Below are positions 9,211 to 17,791 of a DNA stretch of 52,652 nt, piece after piece; the first letter of the stretch is position 1; every line of letters starts with the position of its first letter. Below the pieces are notes generated by a model. The model had not been told where the DNA came from. It made no database searches and saw only the letters and a program-made list of their open reading frames with translations. The translations under genes and the position numbers were made by a program. The DNA is taken from positions 1-52,652 of the IMG/VR virus record IMGVR_UViG_3300036770_004392; one strand, written 5' to 3'. Source of the stretch: a virus. Lineage: Duplodnaviria > Caudoviricetes.

Positions 9211-10029
9211 TTTTATAAATTGGCTAAGTTTTTCTGCTACTAAATTAACAGACCGCAAATTAGGATGTTGATTTTTTTTAGATATTGTTAAATTATCAAA
9301 ATCAGTATTAAGAAATGCTACCCAAGATTTACCAAACATATGATTATCTGATTCGTCCCCAAATGGCATCCAATTTTTATTTGAAGATATATTATCCAAA
9401 GATATTAACGGTTTATTCTTAACTCCTATCAAACTTTTCTTTATTTCATCGTATGTTATCCACCCACAATTGCTATCTATACCTCTATAAAATGTATAAC
9501 TTATATCTCGATATTTCAAGTAATTCTCTAATAATAGAATATCAATTATGTACTGTAAAGCATGATCATAAACTGAATTATTAATCAATATTTCTCCAAT
9601 ATAATCTTCATAATCTTTATACCCTGCCATTCCATTTAGGTGGTGTACAGTTAAGTTTTGGAAAATGTTATATTCTTTTAAATATTTCAAACGTCGAGTC
9701 CAACCAGTCCAACCTACACATACATGATATTGTTGTTGTTCTGCTAGGGATAAATTCATTAAAAAATTTAATACAGACAAAGCTATTCCTGTATTACTAT
9801 TGCCATCACGAGAAAGATCTACACTTTCTGTATCTAACAACGAAGAAGTTTTACTAGATAAGTTAAACTTTTTTCTATAATCTGTATAATCAGGATAGTT
9901 TCTTTTCTTTTCTTTACTATCCCATTCTATAGGATTAAGTTTTAGAACATCTTTTACGAAATCATCCCACACAAGTGCATCACCTGCTGTAAAACTACAT
10001 CCTGCGAAAAGTAGTTTTTTATTAAACAT
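9193..10029 (-). CDS. SGNH/GDSL-like hydrolase or acyltransferase (copy A)
   Basis: Block I-like LLFAGCSFTAG, block II-like DLSRDGNSN, C-terminal HPN. Confidence 0.75.
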   Translation of the reverse strand: MFNKKLLFAGCSFTAGDALVWDDFVKDVLKLNPIEWDSKEKKRNYPDYTDYRKKFNLSSKTSSLLDTESVDLSRDGNSNTGIALSVLNFLMNLSLAEQQQYHVCVGWTGWTRRLKYLKEYNIFQNLTVHHLNGMAGYKDYEDYIGEILINNSVYDHALQYIIDILLLENYLKYRDISYTFYRGIDSNCGWITYDEIKKSLIGVKNKPLISLDNISSNKNWMPFGDESDNHMFGKSWVAFLNTDFDNLTISKKNQHPNLRSVNLVAEKLSQFIKSQFLN

Positions 10030-10740
10030 AATGAGATTCCTTCTAATTTAAAAACTGTAATCTTATAAATTGACTAAGTTTTTCTGCTACTAAATTAACA
10101 GACCGCAAATTAGGATGTTGATTTTTTTTTGATATGGTTAAATCAACTGTTTTAAATTCTGACCAAGATTTACCAAACATATGATTATCTGATTCGTCCC
10201 CAAATGGCATCCAATTTTTATTTGAAGATATATTATCCAAAGATATTAACGGTTTATTCTTAACTCCTATCAAACTTTTCTTTATTTCATCGTATGTTAT
10301 CCACCCACAATTGCTATCTATACCTCTATAAAATGTATAACTTATATCTCGATATTTCAAGTAATTCTCTAATAATAGAATATCAATTATGTACTGTAAA
10401 GCATGATCATAAACTGAATTATTAATCAATATTTCTCCAATATAATCTTCATAATCTTTATACCCTGCCATTCCATTTAGGTGGTGTACAGTTAAGTTTT
10501 GGAAAATGTTATATTCTTTTAAATATTTCAAACGTCGAGTCCAACCAGTCCAACCTACACATACATGATATTGTTGTTGTTCTGCTAGGGATAAATTCAT
10601 TAAAAAATTTAATACAGACAAAGCTATTCCTGTATTACTATTGCCATCACGAGAAAGATCTACACTTTCTGTATCTAACAACGAAGAAGTTTTACTAGAT
10701 AAGTTAAACTTTTTTCTATAATCTGTATAATCAGGATAGT
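9322..10740. repeat. 578-nt direct repeat (9322-9899 = 10163-10740) inside tandem-duplicated genes
   Basis: Line-by-line comparison shows no mismatch at offset 841. The gene 5' ends (9962-10029 and 10800-10867) are also identical. Confidence 0.95.
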
Positions 10741-10867
10741 ATAGTTTCATTTCTTTACTATCCCATTCTATAGGAAGTGATAAAATATTTTTCGCAAAGT
10801 CATCCCACACAAGTGCATCACCTGCTGTAAAACTACATCCTGCGAAAAGTAGTTTTTTATTAAACAT
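10043..10867 (-). CDS. SGNH/GDSL-like hydrolase or acyltransferase (copy B)
   Basis: Near-identical to 9193-10029 with the same motifs. Confidence 0.75.
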   Translation of the reverse strand: MFNKKLLFAGCSFTAGDALVWDDFAKNILSLPIEWDSKEMKLYYPDYTDYRKKFNLSSKTSSLLDTESVDLSRDGNSNTGIALSVLNFLMNLSLAEQQQYHVCVGWTGWTRRLKYLKEYNIFQNLTVHHLNGMAGYKDYEDYIGEILINNSVYDHALQYIIDILLLENYLKYRDISYTFYRGIDSNCGWITYDEIKKSLIGVKNKPLISLDNISSNKNWMPFGDESDNHMFGKSWSEFKTVDLTISKKNQHPNLRSVNLVAEKLSQFIRLQFLN

Positions 10868-10868
10868 T

Positions 10869-12020
10869 CTAAGATTCCTTAATTATTATAATTTTATTAT
10901 TCGTATTTTTTTCTCTTTCCAATTGCTTTGTATACCAATTAGTTAATTGCTTATTTACAAAATGATCCAACTTTTCCCAATTACCTAGTTCAATAAAATT
11001 TTCAGTTAATGGATCAGGTCGTAATCTTTCTACCTCTAATTCGAGAGTTTGAATTATAATATTCAGATCACCGCTAGGTAAACTCCATATTCCCAAGTGT
11101 TCAGGATGATGAATAGTATTATACCATAGATGAACTTTATTTTCTGTAGCAAACTCTACAAAATTAGGCATTTCCCACCAATTATTACGCATAGGATTAA
11201 CCATAACACTAAGCCCTCTATGATTACTATGACAATAGTCCCTAAAACGTATAAAATTTTCCATTAAAAGATTGAAATCACCGTTAATACGAATCGAATC
11301 ATAGTTTTCCTTTTCTAGGCTATCTATACTAATATTCAAACTAAGATTACACCTATCCATTATCTTTTTAACCTGCTTGTTATATACAGTTCCATTAGTT
11401 GCAATGTTTATCTTCAAACTAGGATTAAGATCTGCTACAAGCATACAGATATCATATACAATCTTTTGTGCAAAAGGTTCACCTCCATTAAATCTTAATT
11501 CTTCTAAATGAGGAATAAATTCTTTTAATTGCTCAACGAACGAGTCATCATAAATCATTGGTAAAGGTGGTAGATTCTCTCTGTTTTTCCTTATTCCGGA
11601 ACTAAGACGACCTTCGCACATAATACATTCTAAGTTGCATTGATTACTCAATTCTAGTTCTAGCAAACTAGGATAATCTTTTACAGTAAAACCGTCATAG
11701 GCCATGGCCAAAGGCCATGTATCTGCTTCTATTTTCTGTTTACAGACACGACATTCGTTTTCGAAAATACCATTTTTGAGATTGTCTCTATACTTATTAA
11801 ATTCCTCTCCAAACCATATGTCCTTAATAGACTTCTGAGGACTCCAAGTATCTAAATAACCTACTAATAACCAACAAGGAGCTACCCTTCCTTCGGTGGT
11901 AAAATACATATTATTAAAAGGAGCAAGGCAAGAACTAAGCGTATTAACTACGCGATGTTTATCAAAGTCACTTCTTTTCGTATTATATTTTAAAACTTGT
12001 TCTTGAGATAATTTATTCAT
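10869..12020 (-). CDS. N-terminal twitch-domain radical SAM protein
   Basis: CLAPF...VAPCW...CRVC; CNLECIMC; FNGGEP; ATNGT; ISIDS. Confidence 0.92.
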   Translation of the reverse strand: MNKLSQEQVLKYNTKRSDFDKHRVVNTLSSCLAPFNNMYFTTEGRVAPCWLLVGYLDTWSPQKSIKDIWFGEEFNKYRDNLKNGIFENECRVCKQKIEADTWPLAMAYDGFTVKDYPSLLELELSNQCNLECIMCEGRLSSGIRKNRENLPPLPMIYDDSFVEQLKEFIPHLEELRFNGGEPFAQKIVYDICMLVADLNPSLKINIATNGTVYNKQVKKIMDRCNLSLNISIDSLEKENYDSIRINGDFNLLMENFIRFRDYCHSNHRGLSVMVNPMRNNWWEMPNFVEFATENKVHLWYNTIHHPEHLGIWSLPSGDLNIIIQTLELEVERLRPDPLTENFIELGNWEKLDHFVNKQLTNWYTKQLEREKNTNNKIIIIKES

Positions 12021-13191
12021 CCTTACATCCTATAATTAGATCTGCCCATATTCCAAAAGTATCTTTAAAAGATTGCTGTCTGATAGAATCAAAATTCTCT
12101 GTATTTGATATAAACTCATTTATTAAATTAGAATCCTCACATCGAAGTTTTAAAAAATTGCGTATTTCATTAAATTCTTCGTGAGGTATCCTAGTCAAGA
12201 CTATTTCTTTTAGCATGTCTGGTAAATTTTTAATACTATAACATGGATTATAATGAAGTAAATTAAAATGAATCCATATACCTGTTTCTTTAGCCCATCC
12301 TAAATATTCTGGCAGGTAATAAACATTGAATATACTGACTGTAGGACAGAGTGTTAGCCATATATTCTTATGAGCTTTTGCTAAATCTTTAAATTTATTA
12401 ATGTTTTCTAATATAACATTCCATTCTGTAGGATATCTTTCGTATTCTAAGCGAGTTCCTAAATCGTCAATAGATAAACAGAGAGTGACTTTTTTAAATT
12501 TTGTTAGAAGGTCAATTAATTTTTTATTGTATAATGTACCATTTGTGTTCAACAATATTGTTATATTTTTAGCACAATCATTTTTAATAATTAATTCTAA
12601 AATTTTAATATTCTCAGGAGAAGCCATTGGCTCCCCTCCAGTTATTTCAATGTGTTTTAATTCTGAGGCCCAATTAGCAATAACCTCTTCATTTGAAGTA
12701 CCTAATATCTTATTAGAAATCCAATAAGCACTATCTTGTATTTTTATATTAAATTGTTCTTGATGTTCTTTTAAAAATGTAGAACTTGCTTGTGGTCCGC
12801 ATATTCTACATTTTAAATTACAAACATTGTTTAATTTTAAATCTAATGCCTTTGGTCCTGATAATGCTATCGGTTGAAAATCCATTGAACTAATATCAAT
12901 CTGTTTATCTTTAGCAAATTGCACTCTAAAGCTGGCAACTCCGGCTGCTTCTTCGTCCCAGCAACTTTGACATTCTTTAGGTTTTTTACCGTCAATAAAT
13001 GCCTGTCTTAAATTTTGAAATCTTATATCATTCCAAAGTATATCCAAACTTCCTTCTTTCATATTAGGAAGTTGATATTCATTATTAATATCAGGCTGTG
13101 CAAACTTACAGCAAGGCCTTAATGAACCATTTACATCGGTAGATAAATTAATCCAAGGAAGAGCACAAAAGTTATCGATTACTATAGTCAT
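12013..13191 (-). CDS. N-terminal twitch-domain radical SAM protein
   Basis: FCALPW...LRPCC...CQSCW; CNLKCRIC; TGGEP; NTNGT; LSIDD. Confidence 0.93.
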   Translation of the reverse strand: MTIVIDNFCALPWINLSTDVNGSLRPCCKFAQPDINNEYQLPNMKEGSLDILWNDIRFQNLRQAFIDGKKPKECQSCWDEEAAGVASFRVQFAKDKQIDISSMDFQPIALSGPKALDLKLNNVCNLKCRICGPQASSTFLKEHQEQFNIKIQDSAYWISNKILGTSNEEVIANWASELKHIEITGGEPMASPENIKILELIIKNDCAKNITILLNTNGTLYNKKLIDLLTKFKKVTLCLSIDDLGTRLEYERYPTEWNVILENINKFKDLAKAHKNIWLTLCPTVSIFNVYYLPEYLGWAKETGIWIHFNLLHYNPCYSIKNLPDMLKEIVLTRIPHEEFNEIRNFLKLRCEDSNLINEFISNTENFDSIRQQSFKDTFGIWADLIIGCKDE

Positions 13192-13215
13192 AATACAGAT
13201 CTTTCCATAGGTTAA

Positions 13216-13896
13216 TTAAATATTCTTAGAATTACTAAAATAATAACTAAAATCTTCTAGAACATTAACATTTGTTTCTAATTCTCCCCAATCGCCTGTA
13301 CTTAATTTATTCAATACATTTCGATAAAGTGCTTGATTGAATTCTTTAGTAAAATGACAGACACATCGAATTTCCAGAGGATGTTCTTTAATACCAAAAT
13401 ATTTTTTCTGTAGCTCTATATAATAAGATATAGGATCATGATTAATATCCATAATTATTGCATCAGATCTAGTTCTTTTAACATCATCTACCATAAGATG
13501 TTTCATAATATTTGTATGCTCTAAATCTAATAAGTAATTATAATAATCATTCAGAGCTTTTATTTGTTTTATCAAATGATCCGGATACTGATTTAGATTA
13601 GTATCTAAAAAGTTTTTTGTAGCAGCAAGGTTATTAAAATGCCGTTCTTTTCCGTTTACATCAAATCCGTGACCCCATCTTGAACTAATAGTTACTCCGA
13701 AAATTATTCGATCGAAATCACTATGTGTATCTAAAAATTTTTTATAACTGTAATATACTCCTGAAGCTACTTTGCCGAAAATAATAACATCATAATGCTC
13801 TTTAAGTAAATTTACCCATGCATATTTTTCTAAAGTAGGATCGTTATGACCATGTTTGGGATCAAAATAACTATCTCCATATATTGCCAGCTTCAT
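13216..13896 (-). CDS. SGNH-like protein
   Basis: KLAIYGDSY (GDS block I), AWVNLL, C-terminal RCVCHF. Confidence 0.65.
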   Translation of the reverse strand: MKLAIYGDSYFDPKHGHNDPTLEKYAWVNLLKEHYDVIIFGKVASGVYYSYKKFLDTHSDFDRIIFGVTISSRWGHGFDVNGKERHFNNLAATKNFLDTNLNQYPDHLIKQIKALNDYYNYLLDLEHTNIMKHLMVDDVKRTRSDAIIMDINHDPISYYIELQKKYFGIKEHPLEIRCVCHFTKEFNQALYRNVLNKLSTGDWGELETNVNVLEDFSYYFSNSKNI

Positions 13897-13927
13897 TTTT
13901 ATAGTTTCTCTATATAAAATATTTTTA

Positions 13928-14608
13928 TCATTTATCCTTTTTTATATTACTATAAAAATCATCCCACATGTTTATTTCTTCTTGCTCTGCTGGTTTAAAA
14001 TCTTCTAACTGAAACTTAAAAGAATTTCCTTGTAACCAGTCATTAATTTTTGAAGCTAATATAGAATTATTTACATTATTCATGTGACAATACCTAGGAT
14101 CCATAAAAAATCCTTTAGAAAATCCTTCCTGTATAATAAAAACATCCAACTCATTAATCTGTAATAGTGTTTTGAATGACTCAATATACAAAACATCTGG
14201 ACGTTTGAATTTTATTTCTTTTGACATTAATTCTGCCATGTCTCTCTTTTCTTCTTCATTTTGAATAAACATATAATACATCTTTAAGGCCTCTATCTCA
14301 TCTTTTTCTAACTTAGAAAACTGACTGTTGATGGTATTCGGACTAGAATGCTGGGATATCCAGTTTCGCATATTTGGAGCATAATGTCTATTTGACTCAG
14401 TTTCACAAAATATAATTCTATCAAATTCCTCGTGTGTTTTTTTAAATTGTAAATAGGACCAGTAAATACTTGTTCCAGAGATAGCAAAATTTGTAACATT
14501 ATAACCATAATCCTCTCTTAGAATTTTTGCCCATGCTTTTCCAGGATTTTTTTTAAATGCTGCACTTTCTTCGTGTGCAAAACTACATCCATAAATTGCT
14601 ATCTTCAT
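13928..14608 (-). CDS. SGNH-like protein (paralogue of 13216-13896)
   Basis: KIAIYGCSF, NFAISGTS, FDRIIF shared with its neighbour, C-terminal RYCHM. Confidence 0.65.
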   Translation of the reverse strand: MKIAIYGCSFAHEESAAFKKNPGKAWAKILREDYGYNVTNFAISGTSIYWSYLQFKKTHEEFDRIIFCETESNRHYAPNMRNWISQHSSPNTINSQFSKLEKDEIEALKMYYMFIQNEEEKRDMAELMSKEIKFKRPDVLYIESFKTLLQINELDVFIIQEGFSKGFFMDPRYCHMNNVNNSILASKINDWLQGNSFKFQLEDFKPAEQEEINMWDDFYSNIKKDK

Positions 14609-14625
14609 ACTAAATTCTTATTTCA

Positions 14626-16056
14626 TTATTTTAGAATATCATTATCATCATATAATTTTAACAGTTCATAAACTTCATTAAATGTTTCCTTAAATGATTG
14701 ATTACGATAGACATCATGTTGTTGTGTAAATTTAAAAAACTTCTCTAATTCTAAAGGATCGTATTCTCTATCATACATATATTTGATAATATTATCTATA
14801 GAAGGGCTCCAGTCAACAAATTCAACATCAGTAGTATCTATAGATCGTAACTTATTTTCTATTTGTGATTTAACAAAGTTTGGAAAATTTACAAGACTGT
14901 AATGATTTGGATAATGAACTAAATTGAATACAACAGGCAGTTTAAAATTATTTTTCACATACTCAAGTATTTCATCAAGATAATACACATTATGAATACC
15001 AACTGTTATGTATATCCTAAAAAATAAATTTACATTATATTTTTTAGTTAATAACTTAAACTTATCTATATTAGAAACAACTTCATCCCATTTTGCATTC
15101 ATACGCTGATATTCAAATCTAGGTCCGATATCATCAACGCTAAGACTTATAGTTACTTCACGAAAGTTTTTCCATAACAGGAAAAATTTTTCATCACAAA
15201 TTGTGGCATTAGAATTGTACCAGATATTTGTTATATCTGGATTTCCGAAATCATTTATTATATTTAAAATAATATCGTGTTCTTGTTGCATTAAAGGTTC
15301 GCCGCCATAAAACTCTAAATGATCTATATTTTTAGCCCATTTTTTTAAAATTTCTGCGTTAGACGGATCGGCACTAAATTTTTCTCTCGAATTTTCTGTA
15401 TACATCTTGATAATGTTTGGATCAGATATCTTAAGATCTTTATGTTCTTTAATCCATTGACTGCTTAAAAAAGGTGTACATATTCTACATTTTAAATTAC
15501 AGAGATTGCTCAATTTTAAATCAAGACTTTTCGGAGATTGTCTAGGAATATGATGAAAAAATGTAGAATTTGGATGCAATTTTCCTCCATTATCATACAT
15601 TTTACGCATACTCATCATACCTGCTTTTTCTTCATCCCAACAAGCATGACATCCAGAAGGTCTTTCATTGCGTAAAAACTGCCCTCGAAGCTTCTGCAAT
15701 TCTGGCTGATTCCATAAATCTTCTATTGTAACATCTGGAAGTTTAGGAACATCTTGTTGCCAATCGCTATCTCCTACTTTATATTTACAGCAAGGTCTAG
15801 CACGACCATCAGGATCTATCTGTAAATGTATAAAAGGATAAAGACAAAAATTTTCCGGAACCTGTGACTCTAGATCTTTCAAAAATTTAGGAAATTGACT
15901 GTGTTCGTACTCTGGCTTACCTAACAAGTTAAAATTAAATTCTCTATCTAAAATCCCTGCCATCTTAATTTTATTTTCAGTAGGTACGCTTTTAGCCTCA
16001 CCATAACTAACAATAATTTCATCATCTACGTAATTTTTAAATATTCTTTTATCCAT
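14626..16056 (-). CDS. N-terminal twitch-domain radical SAM protein
   Basis: FCLYPF...ARPCC...CHACW; CNLKCRIC; YGGEP; NSNAT. Start probably ATG 16056 (TAATG coupling). Confidence 0.93.
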   Translation of the reverse strand: MDKRIFKNYVDDEIIVSYGEAKSVPTENKIKMAGILDREFNFNLLGKPEYEHSQFPKFLKDLESQVPENFCLYPFIHLQIDPDGRARPCCKYKVGDSDWQQDVPKLPDVTIEDLWNQPELQKLRGQFLRNERPSGCHACWDEEKAGMMSMRKMYDNGGKLHPNSTFFHHIPRQSPKSLDLKLSNLCNLKCRICTPFLSSQWIKEHKDLKISDPNIIKMYTENSREKFSADPSNAEILKKWAKNIDHLEFYGGEPLMQQEHDIILNIINDFGNPDITNIWYNSNATICDEKFFLLWKNFREVTISLSVDDIGPRFEYQRMNAKWDEVVSNIDKFKLLTKKYNVNLFFRIYITVGIHNVYYLDEILEYVKNNFKLPVVFNLVHYPNHYSLVNFPNFVKSQIENKLRSIDTTDVEFVDWSPSIDNIIKYMYDREYDPLELEKFFKFTQQHDVYRNQSFKETFNEVYELLKLYDDNDILK

Positions 16057-16811
16057 TAAATAATCCTGCACTTACGCAAAAAAGACATATATAAAGGAAG
16101 ATATTTAATAAATCCATTATAAATATCTAGAAGTTCATTAAAATTAGTTACAGCGTCTTTATACTCAACTGCCCATGTTTTTTGTATAAATTTATTATCA
16201 CGAATAGGAATTTTATTTTTAAGACAATCTTCTAATAGATGTTCATATCTTACAGTAAGGTGTTTATAATTTTTAAATAAATGCTTTCTATATTCGGTAG
16301 ATTGATAATGATTAAATAAGTATTCTATCCACTCATCGATCTGAACTGTAATTTTTCCTAAAGCATCAGCAGGTACAGGGTTTTTGTGGTTTTCGTATCG
16401 GTGAGCAATTTTTGTAGTGTTAGCAATAACATGGCTTAAAGCCCTATCAAACATATTTCTTTCTAAAAATAAAAAACGAAAGCCACAATCCTCTAATGTT
16501 TGAATAAAATTATCATAAGACATTCTGCTTTCGTTGCAAAATAAGATAGCTACAAGACTCTGATCTGGATTTATCTTCTTTATTTGAGCTGCCCTTTTAT
16601 CCATAAACTGTTGCCTATCTAATTTTTCAGTAGGCATTTCTGTAGACACTTTAACGAAATTATCATTATCATATGTATAATCCCAAAATACATTTGTATA
16701 CATATCATAATTTGTTATTTCATCTAGTAGAACGCACTGTTTTGGCAACATTGATTGTAACCAATGACTTCCACATCTAGGTTCTCCTACTATACACCAT
16801 CTTTCAACCAT
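16056..16811 (-). CDS. sulfotransferase-like protein (Stf0/P-loop type)
   Basis: 5'-PSB-like IVGEPRCGSHWL, 3'-PB-like FLERNMFDRALS, and VRYEHL. Confidence 0.7.
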   Translation of the reverse strand: MVERWCIVGEPRCGSHWLQSMLPKQCVLLDEITNYDMYTNVFWDYTYDNDNFVKVSTEMPTEKLDRQQFMDKRAAQIKKINPDQSLVAILFCNESRMSYDNFIQTLEDCGFRFLFLERNMFDRALSHVIANTTKIAHRYENHKNPVPADALGKITVQIDEWIEYLFNHYQSTEYRKHLFKNYKHLTVRYEHLLEDCLKNKIPIRDNKFIQKTWAVEYKDAVTNFNELLDIYNGFIKYLPLYMSFLRKCRII

Positions 16812-17763
16812 TGTTTAATAATTCCTTTGTACTCATAATATCAAAATTACAATGGCACATCTTCTTAGTGCAGATTACTGGATCAAGTGGTAAATTTATT
16901 TCGGAGTTATCTATTCTTCCTATGACACCACCCTCTTTACACCACCCCCTGTAGATACTTCCATCCATATCAACTATCAACTGCTCTACTCCAGCAAAAC
17001 ATTGCCACCCACTCCAATCATTAGTTTTTTCACTAATAAATCTATGAGCACTTGACACCTTGGTAATACCTTCTGAATCTACCATACGCATTGCACCTCG
17101 ATAATATTCAAAAGTTTTAGTAAACTTTATATGTTTACTAATTAATTCATGTTGTTTATCAAATATTTTCTTTTGGAAATCATTATATTCGTACAATTGC
17201 TCTCCAAAATCTATAATCAATGGCTGTAAAGCCATTGATAAATTTCCTAAATTTTTTACCTTGTTTGCAACGGAATAGCAATAATCGAACTTATCTGGAC
17301 TCATCATAATATTGACATGTGTACGCACTTCATTATTAAGTATCTTTACCACTTCAATAAAATGTTTTTCATCGGCGTGTTCAGGATGAAAACTTAAACA
17401 CACATGATCAAAAAATTGTTTATTTTCTTCCCACCATCGAGTAGTTCTGGACCCATTACTTATAAGTCCTACCTTAATGTCCATGTCAGTACAAAACTTA
17501 CAGATATCAATAAAATGTTTAAACATTGTTACTTCGCCGCCTGTAAATTCAAAGTATATATTTTTATGCAAATAATGATTTTTTACTTTAGTTATAAACC
17601 TTTTAATCAATTGTAAATCAGGCCAAGACTTACTACCATCATGCAGATTAGAAGGGCAATAGCTGCATTTATAATTGCAAGTATTACCTAAGCACCAGTT
17701 GATTACAAACCAATCCCTATGTTCTTCTTTTGAATGTTCCAACCTTATATATTTGTGTTCCAT
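16804..17763 (-). CDS. radical SAM protein with C-terminal SPASM/twitch-like domain
   Basis: CNYKCSYC, TGGEV, ISNGSR. C-terminal WQCFAG...DMDG...WC...CTKKMCHC. Likely start MEHKY at 17763. Confidence 0.92.
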   Translation of the reverse strand: MEHKYIRLEHSKEEHRDWFVINWCLGNTCNYKCSYCPSNLHDGSKSWPDLQLIKRFITKVKNHYLHKNIYFEFTGGEVTMFKHFIDICKFCTDMDIKVGLISNGSRTTRWWEENKQFFDHVCLSFHPEHADEKHFIEVVKILNNEVRTHVNIMMSPDKFDYCYSVANKVKNLGNLSMALQPLIIDFGEQLYEYNDFQKKIFDKQHELISKHIKFTKTFEYYRGAMRMVDSEGITKVSSAHRFISEKTNDWSGWQCFAGVEQLIVDMDGSIYRGWCKEGGVIGRIDNSEINLPLDPVICTKKMCHCNFDIMSTKELLNNG

Positions 17764-17784
17764 TAAATTAATTTCCAAAAATTA

Positions 17785-17791
17785 TAGTTAT
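17785..17791 (-). promoter_or_regulatory. late promoter-like motif ATAACTA
   Basis: 21 nt upstream of ATG 17763, the same spacing as the ATAAATA/ATAAGTA sites in the tail module. Confidence 0.35.

Noticed and set aside
9193-10867. Diversity-generating retroelement TR/VR pair
   Set aside because: The repeat spans whole genes, the differences include indels rather than only adenine-specific substitutions, and no reverse transcriptase is present in the window.
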